Shown: positions 42,109-50,511 of the stretch, one piece after another
How the letters are laid out: every line of letters begins with the position of its first letter
How positions within the stretch are numbered: position 1 is the first letter of the stretch
Assembly (NCBI GenBank): GCA_050179755.1
Contig: JBFXEV010000001.1
Coordinates: 937,994-1,001,993 of the forward strand
Reading direction: 5' to 3'
Source of the DNA: Candidatus Babeliales bacterium
GTDB taxonomy: Bacteria > Babelota > Babeliae > Babelales > JBFXEV01
DNA: 64,000 nucleotides
Translations under genes and position numbers: made by a program
The notes under the pieces: generated by a model
What the model was told of the DNA's origin: nothing
Seen by the model: the letters and a program-made list of their open reading frames with translations, nothing else
Database searches by the model: none

Positions 42109-42136
42109 TTGACAAAAATAACCCGATCTATAAACT
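42109..42136 (+). promoter_or_regulatory. sigma70 promoter of the orphan gene cluster
   Basis: TTGACA-16 bp-TAAACT. Confidence 0.55.
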
Positions 42137-42214
42137 AATATTATACAGTTACGCAAAGCTGGTCTTTCCCTGTAAGACGGGGTAAAAGACTACAAACTGG
42201 GAGGTTACAAAACT

Positions 42215-42562
42215 ATGCGTATTTTAATTAATTCACTATTAAAATTAACGTTATTGGCACTCATTATATCTGTGGGCAGTGTTACTGCTATGGAATATGG
42301 GGATTTGCCTCAAAGTAATGCAGCGCCAACTATTGGCTCATGGGCATATGCTTTTATGCAGCCCTCAACTCCTGCAAAATCAGTAAAAGCAACAAATAAG
42401 GCACTGTATGCAGCTCCCGTAGCTGCTGCCGCGCCCGCATTATTATCTAAAAAAACTATGCTCATATTGGCAGGCGGATTGCTTACGCTATGGGCAGTTA
42501 AAAAAGTATACAATTGGATGTATAGTAAACCGAAGAATGGAGAAGTAACATGTTATCAATAA
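42215..42562 (+). CDS. secreted orphan (signal peptide|MEY) with C-terminal TM anchor
   Basis: GGAGG SD; leader ending VTA-ME; KK-TMLILAGGLLTLWAV-KK. Confidence 0.75.
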   Translation: MRILINSLLKLTLLALIISVGSVTAMEYGDLPQSNAAPTIGSWAYAFMQPSTPAKSVKATNKALYAAPVAAAAPALLSKKTMLILAGGLLTLWAVKKVYNWMYSKPKNGEVTCYQ

Positions 42563-43518
42563 AAAAACAATTATTAGTGCTCGCACTTACGGCAAGCGTT
42601 GCAGCACCAGTTTGCGCAATGGACCAGCAAGATTCATCAAGCTTGATCAATTGGAAAACCGGAGCAGTAGCTGCTACCGCGCTTGTTATAGGATTAGGCT
42701 GTGCTGCAAGATGGCTAACTTTTGGTACACCAGTAAAACAATTAGATACACTTGAGCAGTCAACTAAGGTTGCCGGTCAAGCAGATCAAGGCCAGGCTGC
42801 GCAACAACCTTTGCAAGAAGATAAATCGCAAGCACTTCAACAAGATAAAACTCAAGATGCACAAGCGCAAAAGCCGGTTCAAGATGTAGATGCTCAAAAT
42901 CAGCAGCCATCAGCAACGGCAATAAAGCGTCGCCCAGCGGGTCAAGCCGGCAGAAGGTTGCCTACAAGAAAGCCTGTAAAAACGCAGGATGAGCTTAATT
43001 TGGATGTAGAGGCTCCTGTTCAAGATGAACCAGCAGTTGAACCAAACGCAGCTCAACCAGCCGCTCCTGCGACCCAAAAACCTTTAAATGGAAAAGGTTA
43101 CGGAGTGAATCTTGGTGATCTTACAGCAACTAAATTAAAGAAAACAGTAAAAACTACCGCTACAGTTCCAGCAAAAGCTGCACAACCTAAGCCGCTTCCA
43201 CAAGTGCCAACGGCAAAAGAAGTGGTTGTTGAACAACCTACTGCAGATATGCTTGAACAATTTGCTCAAGAAATAGAGGATTTTAAAGCAATATCCCTTG
43301 CAAATCAAAAAAGCGAATTAGCAGCTACTGTGCAAGCATATGTTACACAACCAATACAAGATACTCAAAATCTTCTTAAAGTGTACGTGCAAATATATGG
43401 TGAGCGTGTAAAATCAAATGCGTTGGCCATTGCAATGACTAAGTTGTTTGCAACAAAAACGCCAGCACAAAGAAGTGCAGAATTCAATAACATTAAGCAA
43501 ATTCTTGGTGTGCGGTAA
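42550..43518 (+). CDS. secreted orphan (signal peptide|MDQ) with signal anchor, low-complexity linker and C-terminal helical domain; candidate effector
   Basis: Leader ending VCA-MD; WKTGAVAATALVIGLG; C-terminal domain shared with 44011..44610. Confidence 0.8.
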   Translation: MLSIKKQLLVLALTASVAAPVCAMDQQDSSSLINWKTGAVAATALVIGLGCAARWLTFGTPVKQLDTLEQSTKVAGQADQGQAAQQPLQEDKSQALQQDKTQDAQAQKPVQDVDAQNQQPSATAIKRRPAGQAGRRLPTRKPVKTQDELNLDVEAPVQDEPAVEPNAAQPAAPATQKPLNGKGYGVNLGDLTATKLKKTVKTTATVPAKAAQPKPLPQVPTAKEVVVEQPTADMLEQFAQEIEDFKAISLANQKSELAATVQAYVTQPIQDTQNLLKVYVQIYGERVKSNALAIAMTKLFATKTPAQRSAEFNNIKQILGVR

Positions 43519-43533
43519 CAGAGAAATATTGAG

Positions 43534-43565
43534 ACATGCCACTCGCTGAGAGTGGCATGTTTTTT
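43534..43565 (+). terminator. intrinsic terminator
   Basis: ACATGCCACTC-loop-GAGTGGCATGT followed by T-tract. Confidence 0.75.
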
Positions 43566-43589
43566 AATGACACAGAGGTTTATAACATT

Positions 43590-44009
43590 ATGCTTACTTC
43601 AATAATAAAAAAAATAGTAATGTTTGCTTTTATTATGGGGATTGTGGCTCCTATTACAGCAATGGATTCTCATCAAGATTCGCGCTGGTTTGGATGGAAG
43701 TCAGCAACAGGGGCTACCGCATTAGTGGTAGGTCTTGGAGCTTGGTGGTTGTATACTCATTGGAATAAGTCGGTATCAAAGCGAAATAGTACTACAAAAA
43801 GTACTCGTGCAGCAACAAAGCCATCAAAGCGCCAAGTTTCGCCCAACGCCAAAACTCAATCAGTCCAAGATTCCTCTCCTATGGTGACCACTGCGCAAGC
43901 GCCAATAATGGCATATGAAGATATAACAGATGAATATCTTGATAGAGAAATAGCTCAACTAGAACGTGAAATCGCTGAGGATAAAGCTAGAGAAAACAAA
44001 GGGAAATAA
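43590..44009 (+). CDS. secreted orphan (signal peptide|MDS) with signal anchor
   Basis: GAGG SD; leader ending ITA-MD; FGWKSATGATALVVGLGAWWLY then basic tract. Confidence 0.75.
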   Translation: MLTSIIKKIVMFAFIMGIVAPITAMDSHQDSRWFGWKSATGATALVVGLGAWWLYTHWNKSVSKRNSTTKSTRAATKPSKRQVSPNAKTQSVQDSSPMVTTAQAPIMAYEDITDEYLDREIAQLEREIAEDKARENKGK

Positions 44010-44010
44010 C

Positions 44011-44610
44011 ATGGTATCACTATATAAAAAATTACTTATGTTTGCACTTATCGCAAGCATTGTCGCTCCTCTTTCTGCAATGGATTCACAAGAAACTACG
44101 TCATCTGGATTTGGATGGAAAGCTGGCTTAGGTTTAACTGCCGCCGTGGCAGGAACCGGGTTGGCAGCATATTTGGCTTATTCTTCGTGGAACAGGCCAG
44201 CAACTAAGCCTGTTGGATGTGTGCGCCAAAAGTCGTCAGTGCGTTGGGCTACGCCCACAGCAGCGGATATTGCTCAAATGGAACAAGAAGAGCGTGCAGC
44301 ACAGGATGCTGCATTACAAGAGTTAGAAGGGCAAGCTGCATCGCAAGAATCGATGATTCTAGAAGATTTTAGAAGCGCTAATGCCCAGACACAAAAGATA
44401 GAGATTGCAAAACAAGCATTTCAATATATTGATTCTCCAGAACAAGAAACTGAAGATCTGATAAGGCAGTATGTTCAAATCTATAGTCACCGATTAAAAT
44501 CACCAGATCTCGATATTGCAATGAATCGCTTATTTGCGGCAAAGGATAAAGCGGCAAAGACTATTGAATTAACCAAGATCAAGCAAATGCTTGGCTTAGT
44601 TTATTACTAA
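44011..44610 (+). CDS. secreted orphan (signal peptide|MDS) with signal anchor; paralog of 42550..43518
   Basis: Leader ending LSA-MD; FGWKAGLGLTAAVAGTGLAAYLAY; YVQIY..R.KS..L.IAM..LFA.K shared. Confidence 0.8.
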   Translation: MVSLYKKLLMFALIASIVAPLSAMDSQETTSSGFGWKAGLGLTAAVAGTGLAAYLAYSSWNRPATKPVGCVRQKSSVRWATPTAADIAQMEQEERAAQDAALQELEGQAASQESMILEDFRSANAQTQKIEIAKQAFQYIDSPEQETEDLIRQYVQIYSHRLKSPDLDIAMNRLFAAKDKAAKTIELTKIKQMLGLVYY

Positions 44611-44630
44611 TTTAACGAGTATATAGTATT

Positions 44631-44666
44631 AAAAACGTGCCACTGGTCAAAAGGTGGCACGTTTTT
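44631..44666 (+). terminator. intrinsic terminator, similar to 43534
   Basis: AAAAACGTGCCACT...GGTGGCACGTTTTT. Confidence 0.8.
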
Positions 44667-44765
44667 ATTTTATACTATTACAAATAGAAAAGCTTGTGTG
44701 GTATGCTAAAAGTAGAATGAGCTGTTCTGTTGCTCTTAGATGGAAACATTAATGATGGAGGTAGT

Positions 44766-45278
44766 ATGAAGAATATCGTTATGTCTATGGCAGTTGTAGT
44801 TGGGTTTAGCTTTGTAGCTTTAAGGGTGCAAGCAGCCACAGAAAAAATGGTCGATAATGAAGTTACTTTTGAGCTCTATAATAAAAGTAAAGCAGCATTC
44901 AAGACAAATCCTACCATAAAAGTATATGGGGGGCGCATACTCAAAGGCGATATAGGTTCAGCAGATAAAAAGACTGAGCCGCTTTATGCCAACGTGTCTC
45001 GCGCACAAATACGAGTTGATGATGCCAGTAAATTTTTAATCTATCTAGAGATTCTGCATCCACGCGGCACGTATACATATACCATTCGTCCAGGCCATAA
45101 CAAAGTGTTAATTTCATTTGATCCGGAAAAATCTCCTGCAGTATATCCACAAACGGGGCCACTTAAAGGATTGCTTGGCAAAACTGAGTCTGGTCTATCA
45201 TTAAAAAATAATGTGTCTGCTGCACAAATTACAGAAGGTGATCTGCGTAGTGCTCTTCAAAAAATAGGTATTGGCTAA
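44766..45278 (+). CDS. secreted hypothetical protein
   Basis: GGAGG SD before ATG 44766; signal peptide ending VQA. Confidence 0.7.
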   Translation: MKNIVMSMAVVVGFSFVALRVQAATEKMVDNEVTFELYNKSKAAFKTNPTIKVYGGRILKGDIGSADKKTEPLYANVSRAQIRVDDASKFLIYLEILHPRGTYTYTIRPGHNKVLISFDPEKSPAVYPQTGPLKGLLGKTESGLSLKNNVSAAQITEGDLRSALQKIGIG

Positions 45279-45286
45279 AATGAGTA

Positions 45287-48004
45287 CTAGCCCTGTTCAA
45301 GAATTGTAACAGTGCTTCCTTGTGGTCCTTTATCCACTATAAAGTGAACCGGAAACTGTTCTTTCATGCTGGGCAAATGAGAAACAATAATAATTTTACA
45401 AAAGTTATCTTGAATAGCATAAATGGCCTCCATAAGTCTATGGAGGCCTTCATCATCCTGAGAGCCAAACCCTTCGTCAATAATAAGTGTTTGGAGTGAA
45501 GTTCCCGCTCTTCGTGCAAGCAGCTTTGATATGGCAATGCGTAATGCAAAATCAATGCGGAACGCTTCACCGCCAGAAAACATTTCATAGGGGCGAATGC
45601 CTTGCGTATCAGAAATATTAATATCAAGTGTTTCCTTGGCGCCACCCTTTTTAAGGTCTTTGAGTGATTCAATCATAATATGCGCTTGATTGTCCGTGAG
45701 TGCACCAAGTAATGCATTGGTTTCCTGCTCTATTTCGGGAATAGTTTCTTCTATTAAAAGCGCTTGTATGCCATCTTTGCCAAGAGCCGTGGCAATGGCG
45801 CCATATTCAAAAGAACCTGCATCAAGCATGGTAATACGTTTTTGCTCTTCCTCAAGTTCTTTGGCCATCAACTCAAGCTGCTTGCGTTCGTGTTCTAGGC
45901 TGCCTTGTTCTCGCGAGAGCGATTCTTTTTCTTTTTGGAGGGTAGTGAAGGCCGCTAATAATTCTTTTTCGTCCACGGTCAATTTTTGCATGCTTTCTAG
46001 AGCAGGTTGTAATTGCTTACACTGTTCACTCACTTCTTTTAATTGCCTTTTGATTGTTTTGAGTGAAGCAAATAAAGCAAGGCATGCTTGCTTACGATCA
46101 GTTTGTTCTTTGCGCGCTTGTTCAAGTGATGCATATTGGAGTAACTTTGTTTCAATTTCTTCAATGTTTTTTTTATCACGTTGATGCTGCTCGGCATTAT
46201 ACCCCAATTCTTTACTTTTAATTTCAAGCTTATCAAGTTGTTGGGTAATGAGTTGTAATGGTTGGTGTTCAGAGAGCATTTTCTCTTGGGTAGTCGTGAG
46301 CTCTTTAAGTTGTGCATATGTTTTAGTGAGCGCAGCGTTAATTGCTGAAAGTTCTTTGGCAAGCAGTGCGTGTTGCTTTTCATTCTCTTGGGTGAGTTTT
46401 AATAATGCTTCATGTTCTTTTTGTATATGGCATATATGTACACGTTGTCGCTCGAGTTCGTGCGCCAGTTTTTGTGCTTCTTCAAAGTGAGCATGTTCTG
46501 CCAAGAGGGTTTGTTTGAGCGGTGTAAGTATTGTTTTAAGGCGGTGCAAACGCGCGCTAATAAACTGTTCGCGGTGCATAAGCTTGGTATGAATAAAACG
46601 TTTTCTACTGAGCGATAAGTTTTGCTCACACAGTGGGCAGCTTGGATCATCTTGTTCAAGGGATAATTGTTTTTTTTGGGTTAAATCAGTTTGCTCTTTA
46701 ATGAGCTGTTGTGCCTGTGCCACCCACGCATGATAATAATTTTTTTTCTTTTCAAAGCGTGGGCGCAATTTTTCTTGCGCAGCAATGCTTTTTTCAAGTC
46801 GTTCAAGGTCTATTTTGCCTTGCGTAATCTCTTTGAGCGTGTGTGCGATATGTTTGTTAGTTTGTTCTTGCGTTGCAGTAAGTATCGCTAATTTAGTGCT
46901 TGTTTCTTTAACGAGCATCTCTTGGTGTGCTGCATTAAGCTGCTGTGTGTGTAGCTCTTTATCATGCTGAACTTTTAACTGTTGTAGCACTAGAGCAAAC
47001 TGCTCTTTTAGTTGTAACGTTTGCTCTTTAAAGCCAAGTTGTTTCTCAAGCGCTGTTTGGTGCTGCGCAATGGCGGCATTCATGAGAGTGCGCTTTGCTT
47101 CAAGCTCGTTTTTCTGCGAACCTGTATGTTGGGCACTATGCACTCTATGCCATTGTTGCCATAGTGCGTTGAGTTGTTCTTCTTCGCGCGATTTTCTAAG
47201 AAGTAATTCTTCTTCTTGTTTTAAGAGAATATTGCGCTGTTCTATTTTTGCGGTGAGTTCTTGCTTGGTTTGCGCAATTTTTTTTTGTGTAAGTTCGTAG
47301 TGTTCTGTTGTTGTTGAGAGAACTTGCAGTCTATCGCCAACAACTTGTGCAAGAGCGATGACTTCGTTTAAACGTTCAAGTTGTACTTTAACTTTTTGGC
47401 TGTGTTCAACACTATATTTTTTTTGATTGCCAAGATCTTTTGCTTTATACAGTGCACGTTGCTTGAGTGCTTCAAACTGATTAAGGCCTAAAATTGCAGA
47501 CAATATTTGTTTGCGCTCTTTGGCCGACTTTTTAGAAAATTCATTTGAGCTGCCTTGCCGTAAAAAGGCTGAATTAATAAACGTGTCATAATCAAGGCCA
47601 ATGGTAGCGATTATTTTTTCTTGGGTAGCCCTAATGGTTTTATCGGTTAATGCGCGTATAGTTTTTGAAGATGTGTCGTAGATGCCAAAATCAAGAGATG
47701 CATAGGGCTTTGCATATGTTTTTGCATATTCTCGTTTAATGCGATATGTATGCGTATTGAATTCGAACTCAAAAATTACCGTCATGAAGGTCTGGCCAAT
47801 GCGCAATAGATTATCGTCTGGCTTACTTGCGCCCGCGGTCTTGCGCGCTTGCCCCCATATTGCCCATGTCATGGCATCAAGCAGTGCTGATTTACCATGG
47901 CCATTTTTGCCGCTTAAACAAATAAGCGGATAGCCTGCAAATTCAATTATTTGCCGCTTGCCGTAACTTAAAAAATTTTCTATTTCAAGTCGTATGGGTA
48001 TCAT
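45287..48004 (-). CDS. sbcC: SbcC/Rad50-type SMC ATPase
   Basis: NFLSY, Walker A GKNGHGKS, central CPLC zinc hook, FSGGE signature, IIDEGFG Walker B. Confidence 0.92.
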   Translation of the reverse strand: MIPIRLEIENFLSYGKRQIIEFAGYPLICLSGKNGHGKSALLDAMTWAIWGQARKTAGASKPDDNLLRIGQTFMTVIFEFEFNTHTYRIKREYAKTYAKPYASLDFGIYDTSSKTIRALTDKTIRATQEKIIATIGLDYDTFINSAFLRQGSSNEFSKKSAKERKQILSAILGLNQFEALKQRALYKAKDLGNQKKYSVEHSQKVKVQLERLNEVIALAQVVGDRLQVLSTTTEHYELTQKKIAQTKQELTAKIEQRNILLKQEEELLLRKSREEEQLNALWQQWHRVHSAQHTGSQKNELEAKRTLMNAAIAQHQTALEKQLGFKEQTLQLKEQFALVLQQLKVQHDKELHTQQLNAAHQEMLVKETSTKLAILTATQEQTNKHIAHTLKEITQGKIDLERLEKSIAAQEKLRPRFEKKKNYYHAWVAQAQQLIKEQTDLTQKKQLSLEQDDPSCPLCEQNLSLSRKRFIHTKLMHREQFISARLHRLKTILTPLKQTLLAEHAHFEEAQKLAHELERQRVHICHIQKEHEALLKLTQENEKQHALLAKELSAINAALTKTYAQLKELTTTQEKMLSEHQPLQLITQQLDKLEIKSKELGYNAEQHQRDKKNIEEIETKLLQYASLEQARKEQTDRKQACLALFASLKTIKRQLKEVSEQCKQLQPALESMQKLTVDEKELLAAFTTLQKEKESLSREQGSLEHERKQLELMAKELEEEQKRITMLDAGSFEYGAIATALGKDGIQALLIEETIPEIEQETNALLGALTDNQAHIMIESLKDLKKGGAKETLDINISDTQGIRPYEMFSGGEAFRIDFALRIAISKLLARRAGTSLQTLIIDEGFGSQDDEGLHRLMEAIYAIQDNFCKIIIVSHLPSMKEQFPVHFIVDKGPQGSTVTILEQG

Positions 48005-48029
48005 GTTAACGCTGTTGAGTTGTTTGTGC

Positions 48030-48091
48030 CTGTTCGTCTCTACCGAGCGCTCATCTTATTTAAAATGACGCGAGTGGAGTGATACGAACGG
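48030..48091. repeat. intergenic palindromic element (CTGTTCGT...ACGAACGG)
   Basis: Inverted termini with internal hairpin; shares the GATACGAAC end with the 11508 element. Confidence 0.5.
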
Positions 48092-48168
48092 AATCCAGTT
48101 GTTTCAATTTTTTTACCTACTATACTTAGCATATACCATTTCGAGTAAATCTAATATCAAGGGAAAGT

Positions 48169-49566
48169 ATGCAAGATCATATTTTTAGATTATACGATAT
48201 TCGCGGCAAAGTAGGTTCTGAAATGCCAATCGATCACGTAGAAGCTCTCACGCATGCCATTGCCTATTATTTTAAACAGAATAAACCTGAAGTTAGAACT
48301 ATTGCAGTAGGTGCCGATGGTAGAACACACTCACCGGCAATTAAAGAACGCGTTTGTAAAGCATTACAAGATGCAGGATTACATGTTATTTTTGTGGGGA
48401 CGTGTCCTTCTCCCGTGCTTTATTTTTCTCTTTATAATTTACCTGTCGATGCGGGCATAATGATCACTGCGTCACATAATGGCCCGGAATATAATGGATT
48501 AAAAATTTGTTTGGGCACTGAATCGGTTTGGGGCACACAAATTCAAGAGATTAAAACTTTTTATCAGCAAGGTGTAAAGTTGTCATGTGATGGTCGTGGC
48601 GGCTATCAAGAACAAGACGTTATAGCATTATATATTTCTTGGTTAAAAAATAACTTTCAGCATTTAGTAGGATGTTCGTTGAAAGCAGTGGTTGATTGTG
48701 GCAATGGCGCTGGTGGCACCGTAATGCCAAAATTAGTACAAGCCTTTCAATGGCGAAATGTAACGTTGTTATATGCAGAAGTTGATGGTACGTATCCTAA
48801 TCACGAAGCAGATCCTACCGTTGAAGAAAATATGCAAGACGTAAAATCGATGTTGGCGGCATCTGATCTTGCATGCGGCATTGGTCTTGATGGTGATTGT
48901 GATCGCATGGCCGCTATGACTAAATCAGGTGAGTTGGTGCAAGGTGATAAACTGCTTGCAGTCTTTGCGTGCGAATTAGTTAAAACACACCCTGGCGCAT
49001 CAATTGTATTTGATATCAAATGTTCTTCTGGGCTTTCAGAATTATTAATGGCGTGGCATGCAAGACCAGTAATGTCACCTTCTGGTCACTCAATTATTAA
49101 AGGCGCTATGAAGCGTGAGCATGCGCTGCTTGGTGGTGAACTAAGTTGCCATTTTTTCTTTAAAGATAAATATTACGGCTATGATGATGCTTTTTATGCA
49201 ATGCTCAGGTTATTTGAATTACTAAAAGATGGTACGTCGCTTGAGGCGTTACTTGCTTGTTTTCCGCACAAAGTAAGCACCAGAGAATATCGTATTGCTT
49301 GTGATCAAGATAAAATGGCGCGTATTGTGCATGCGGTGCAAGATACGTTCATGCGCAAACCTGGCATGGAATTGGTTACGATTGATGGTATTCGTGTGAG
49401 CATGCAACATGGTTGGGGTATGCTCAGAGCGTCTAATACGCAACCGGTGCTGTGTTTGCGTTTTGAAGCAAATACTAATGAACAAGTTTCAGATATTAAA
49501 GAACAGTTTATTGATGCGTTAATGCCGTTTTATGATAAAGCATATTTAATTAAAAATTTGGCGTAA
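48169..49566 (+). CDS. phosphomannomutase/phosphoglucomutase (AlgC-like)
   Basis: FRLYDIRG, ITASHN, DGDCDR, GGELSCH, RASNTQP. Confidence 0.95.
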   Translation: MQDHIFRLYDIRGKVGSEMPIDHVEALTHAIAYYFKQNKPEVRTIAVGADGRTHSPAIKERVCKALQDAGLHVIFVGTCPSPVLYFSLYNLPVDAGIMITASHNGPEYNGLKICLGTESVWGTQIQEIKTFYQQGVKLSCDGRGGYQEQDVIALYISWLKNNFQHLVGCSLKAVVDCGNGAGGTVMPKLVQAFQWRNVTLLYAEVDGTYPNHEADPTVEENMQDVKSMLAASDLACGIGLDGDCDRMAAMTKSGELVQGDKLLAVFACELVKTHPGASIVFDIKCSSGLSELLMAWHARPVMSPSGHSIIKGAMKREHALLGGELSCHFFFKDKYYGYDDAFYAMLRLFELLKDGTSLEALLACFPHKVSTREYRIACDQDKMARIVHAVQDTFMRKPGMELVTIDGIRVSMQHGWGMLRASNTQPVLCLRFEANTNEQVSDIKEQFIDALMPFYDKAYLIKNLA

Positions 49567-49584
49567 TACGAAAGAGGAGGTATC

Positions 49585-50403
49585 ATGCGTACCGTTGGCC
49601 TCCATTTGCGCATAGATCGCTCTCTGACGCATACGGCACAATTTGCGCAAGCAATGGGCATGCGCAGTTTTCAATGCTTTATTTCGTTGCATGCCTCTGG
49701 TAAATCTTTTTTGCCTGATTATGAGGATATACATGCATTTAATCAGATGCGCTCACAATTTGATAATCTCTTTTTGCATGCATCTTACTTTATAAATCCT
49801 GCAAGTTGCACGCGCACGTATCATCCTATCTTAGAGCAAGAAATTCACATAGCGCGCCAATTGAATATTCCCTACCTTATTTTGCATCCAGGTATGGCAC
49901 TGCATAAAGATCAGATCAATGACGGCATTGATGCCTTGGCTCGCGTGATTGATACGATTCATAATGCGCAGGACCAAGTATCTATTGTTATAGAAAATAC
50001 TGCGCAAGATGCACGAGCTGTTGGCAGTAAATTTGAACATTTAAAGTTATTGCTTGAACGATTAGATGATCCTGATCGCGTGCGCTTTTGCATTGATACG
50101 GCACATGCCTATGCGTATGGGTATGACATTAGTAATCCGCAAGCGCATGAAGCGTTGCTTGATTTATTAGATGCCACTATTGGTATTGACCGCATAGTGG
50201 TTATTCATTTGAATGATACATTAAAGCCGCTTGCAAGTTTTATTGATGAGCATACCAATTTAGGTGATGGTCTTATTGGCTTGCAAGCGCTTCAAGCATT
50301 TGTAAATAATAAACGCCTTTCTCATATTCCACTTATTTTAGAGTTGCCGGTACTTTCTGATGTTGAATATCGTGGAATTCTAAAGTTGGTAAATAACTGG
50401 TAG
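49585..50403 (+). CDS. nfo: endonuclease IV (AP endonuclease family 2)
   Basis: HASYFIN, HPG, IENTA, CIDTAH, HLND, DEH, ILE. Confidence 0.9.
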   Translation: MRTVGLHLRIDRSLTHTAQFAQAMGMRSFQCFISLHASGKSFLPDYEDIHAFNQMRSQFDNLFLHASYFINPASCTRTYHPILEQEIHIARQLNIPYLILHPGMALHKDQINDGIDALARVIDTIHNAQDQVSIVIENTAQDARAVGSKFEHLKLLLERLDDPDRVRFCIDTAHAYAYGYDISNPQAHEALLDLLDATIGIDRIVVIHLNDTLKPLASFIDEHTNLGDGLIGLQALQAFVNNKRLSHIPLILELPVLSDVEYRGILKLVNNW

Positions 50404-50511
50404 TGATTGCGTAATGTTCTTTTAACGTGCAGGGCATTGACAATAGAAGCATCTTTTTAGTATTTCTTAAATAAGTAAGTGATACGTTTGGTTTTTAAAT
50501 GGGGAATTACT

